DNA of 63,744 nucleotides, filler included, from Choristocarpus tenellus KU-1152 (taxonomy: Eukaryota; Protista; Phaeophyceae): NCBI GenBank assembly GCA_964200185.2. It is 15 parts of 15 records of this genome, joined end to end, with 100 filler letters (N's around TTAATTAATTAA, not from the genome) between each part and the next. Parts side by side here need not be neighbours in the genome. Positions count along the whole stretch, not along the records: positions 57,227 to 63,744 come from CAXNAD020007956.1; 14 more parts are not named here. One strand, 5' to 3'. The position numbers and the translations under genes were made by a program. The first letter of the stretch is position 1; the number at the start of each line of letters is the position of its first letter. Positions 62,359 through 63,744 of this stretch are shown here, in pieces. The notes beneath the pieces are model-generated. The model was given only the letters and a program-made list of their open reading frames with translations, did not search any database and was not told the origin of the DNA.

Positions 62359-62610
62359 CCAGAGGGCAAGGCAGAAGCGGGCCGCTCCGACGATCCCTCA
62401 GTGGGTCTTTCTTGGGTGGAAGGCATGGCATGTGGGTTTGTGGTATGGTGGTGCGTGTTGGAGTGATGCGAGGGGTGTGGGGCGGTGGAGTCGCATGATG
62501 TATTTACGCAGATTTCCGCCGCCCCAACAGAAAAACGTTCAGCTCAACGACCCTAACAGGTCGGATAAACGCGGCTCAATAAACGTGGAGATCAACCGTA
62601 TATAGCAGGG

Positions 62611-62985
62611 TAGATATTCCAAAAGAGGCTCCAACTTGCAGGAAACGCATAACCCATAGGGAAGCTTGCGGTAAATATTCCGATCTTTGTTCTGATTCTT
62701 GACGTCGGAACATACATGGCTGTTATTCCAATGGGCACGGGTTAACCTCGGAAATCGGAACATACTTGTCTGTTGTGCTAACGGTGCATGGGGTGCACTT
62801 CGAAACAATCCGATTATTTTGACTGTTAGATATTCCGAAAATGGCTCCAACGTGCCGGTTCCATAGCGCACAGGGAAGCTTTCAAGAAATATTTTTAATT
62901 TTCGTTCTGGTTACGATTTCAAATACGAACGTTTATGGTTTATCAATGTTGAACGGATAGACTTCGGACCATTCCGAATCTATTT
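62611..62985. repeat. Degenerate ~217-bp tandem duplication
   Basis: TAGATATTCC.AAA..GGCTCCAAC.TGC...AGGGAAGCTT...AAATATT at 62611 and 62828. Confidence 0.75.
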
Positions 62986-63123
62986 AACTAGTAGTCTACT
63001 GTGAGAGTACGCTTCTTGCCTGGTAGTCTTTTACCTGTCGTGGAAAACTGGTGATTCAGTTCTAAAAACAATCACCCTACCTGAAAATCTGACGGATAGT
63101 TTTTTTTTAATCGATTTCGAGAT

Positions 63124-63650
63124 TTGTTGGCCTGTTTGATTCCGACGACCGAGCCTTTCACCTCACGAATCGAAACAGCCGTCAAGGCAGCCGATCAAAA
63201 ATCAGGTGTTGTAGATGCCCTCTACTGCGAGTGCTTCTTCAAGAAACAAGCGTTCACCGTGACAGTTATTAGCTGTTCACCTGCGGGTCGTGCGAGTACC
63301 AAACGTGAGTGTCCCCTCTCTGCTGTATGTACAGAGTTGTGCAGGCCGGCGTTGTGAGTAGGCATCATAAGATTGTGCACAGGGCTGTTTATGGGTATGG
63401 AATGCATCACAGCAACCTGTCACAAGGTGGTTCAAACCTCGGTTGCCATGTCATAAAACATCAATGAAACCTTGAGCTGTGTATGTGTACGCTACTTACG
63501 ATGATACTTTTTGAGCTTCCTCTAGTGTGCGCCACGGACCACGGACGGGATATTATACTGCTGTTGGCCGTGCATTCTAGCGATGTGGGGTCTGTTCTCG
63601 ATGAGCTCTACAGCACCGGCCGGCCCTGCTGTAAGCTATACCCCACCACC
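63124..63650 (+). CDS. Possible spliced ORF of unknown function, divergent from the ParB pseudogene
   Basis: C|GTGAGT donor at 63304 and TAG acceptor at 63525 join in phase 1: ...LYCECFFKKQAF...RASTK/LCATDHGRDIILLLAVH...; GTAAG donor at about 63631. Confidence 0.35.
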
Positions 63651-63744
63651 CGACCACCCGAATACCTCGCCAGCATCTCCATTAACAGCCTCTCACCAAA
63701 ACTGAGCGTGGAGCATACTATGGAGGATGGGTTTGACCCAAAAT

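Overview
Eukaryotic, intron-rich DNA; the gene content and GT-AG introns look stramenopile/brown-alga-like (inference). The window is not one locus. It is 15 unrelated short contigs joined by 14 artificial 100-bp linkers (N44-TTAATTAATTAA-N44), so neighbours across a linker mean nothing. Partial spliced host genes: methionine aminopeptidase 1, a YnbB/Met-gamma-lyase-family PLP enzyme with a signal peptide, a GT92/GT2-like glycosyltransferase, an mTERF protein, an IQ/coiled-coil protein, a bacterial-type secreted hydrolase, a long disordered protein and several unknown genes. Mobile DNA: a decayed intron-containing Sola-type DDD transposase, a gag(CCCH)-protease retroelement relic, a possible copia relic, MITE families sharing an AAAGTATCT terminal core, and a 361-bp foldback MITE. 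Two observations stand out. One is a six-exon ParB/Srx-domain pseudogene (DGNHR motif) with a second decayed relative (NGQHR) on another contig. The other is a ~300-bp-period array of 93-nt exon-like cassettes whose central block is inverted. All gene models were assembled by eye from splice signals and phase compatibility; no database searches were run.
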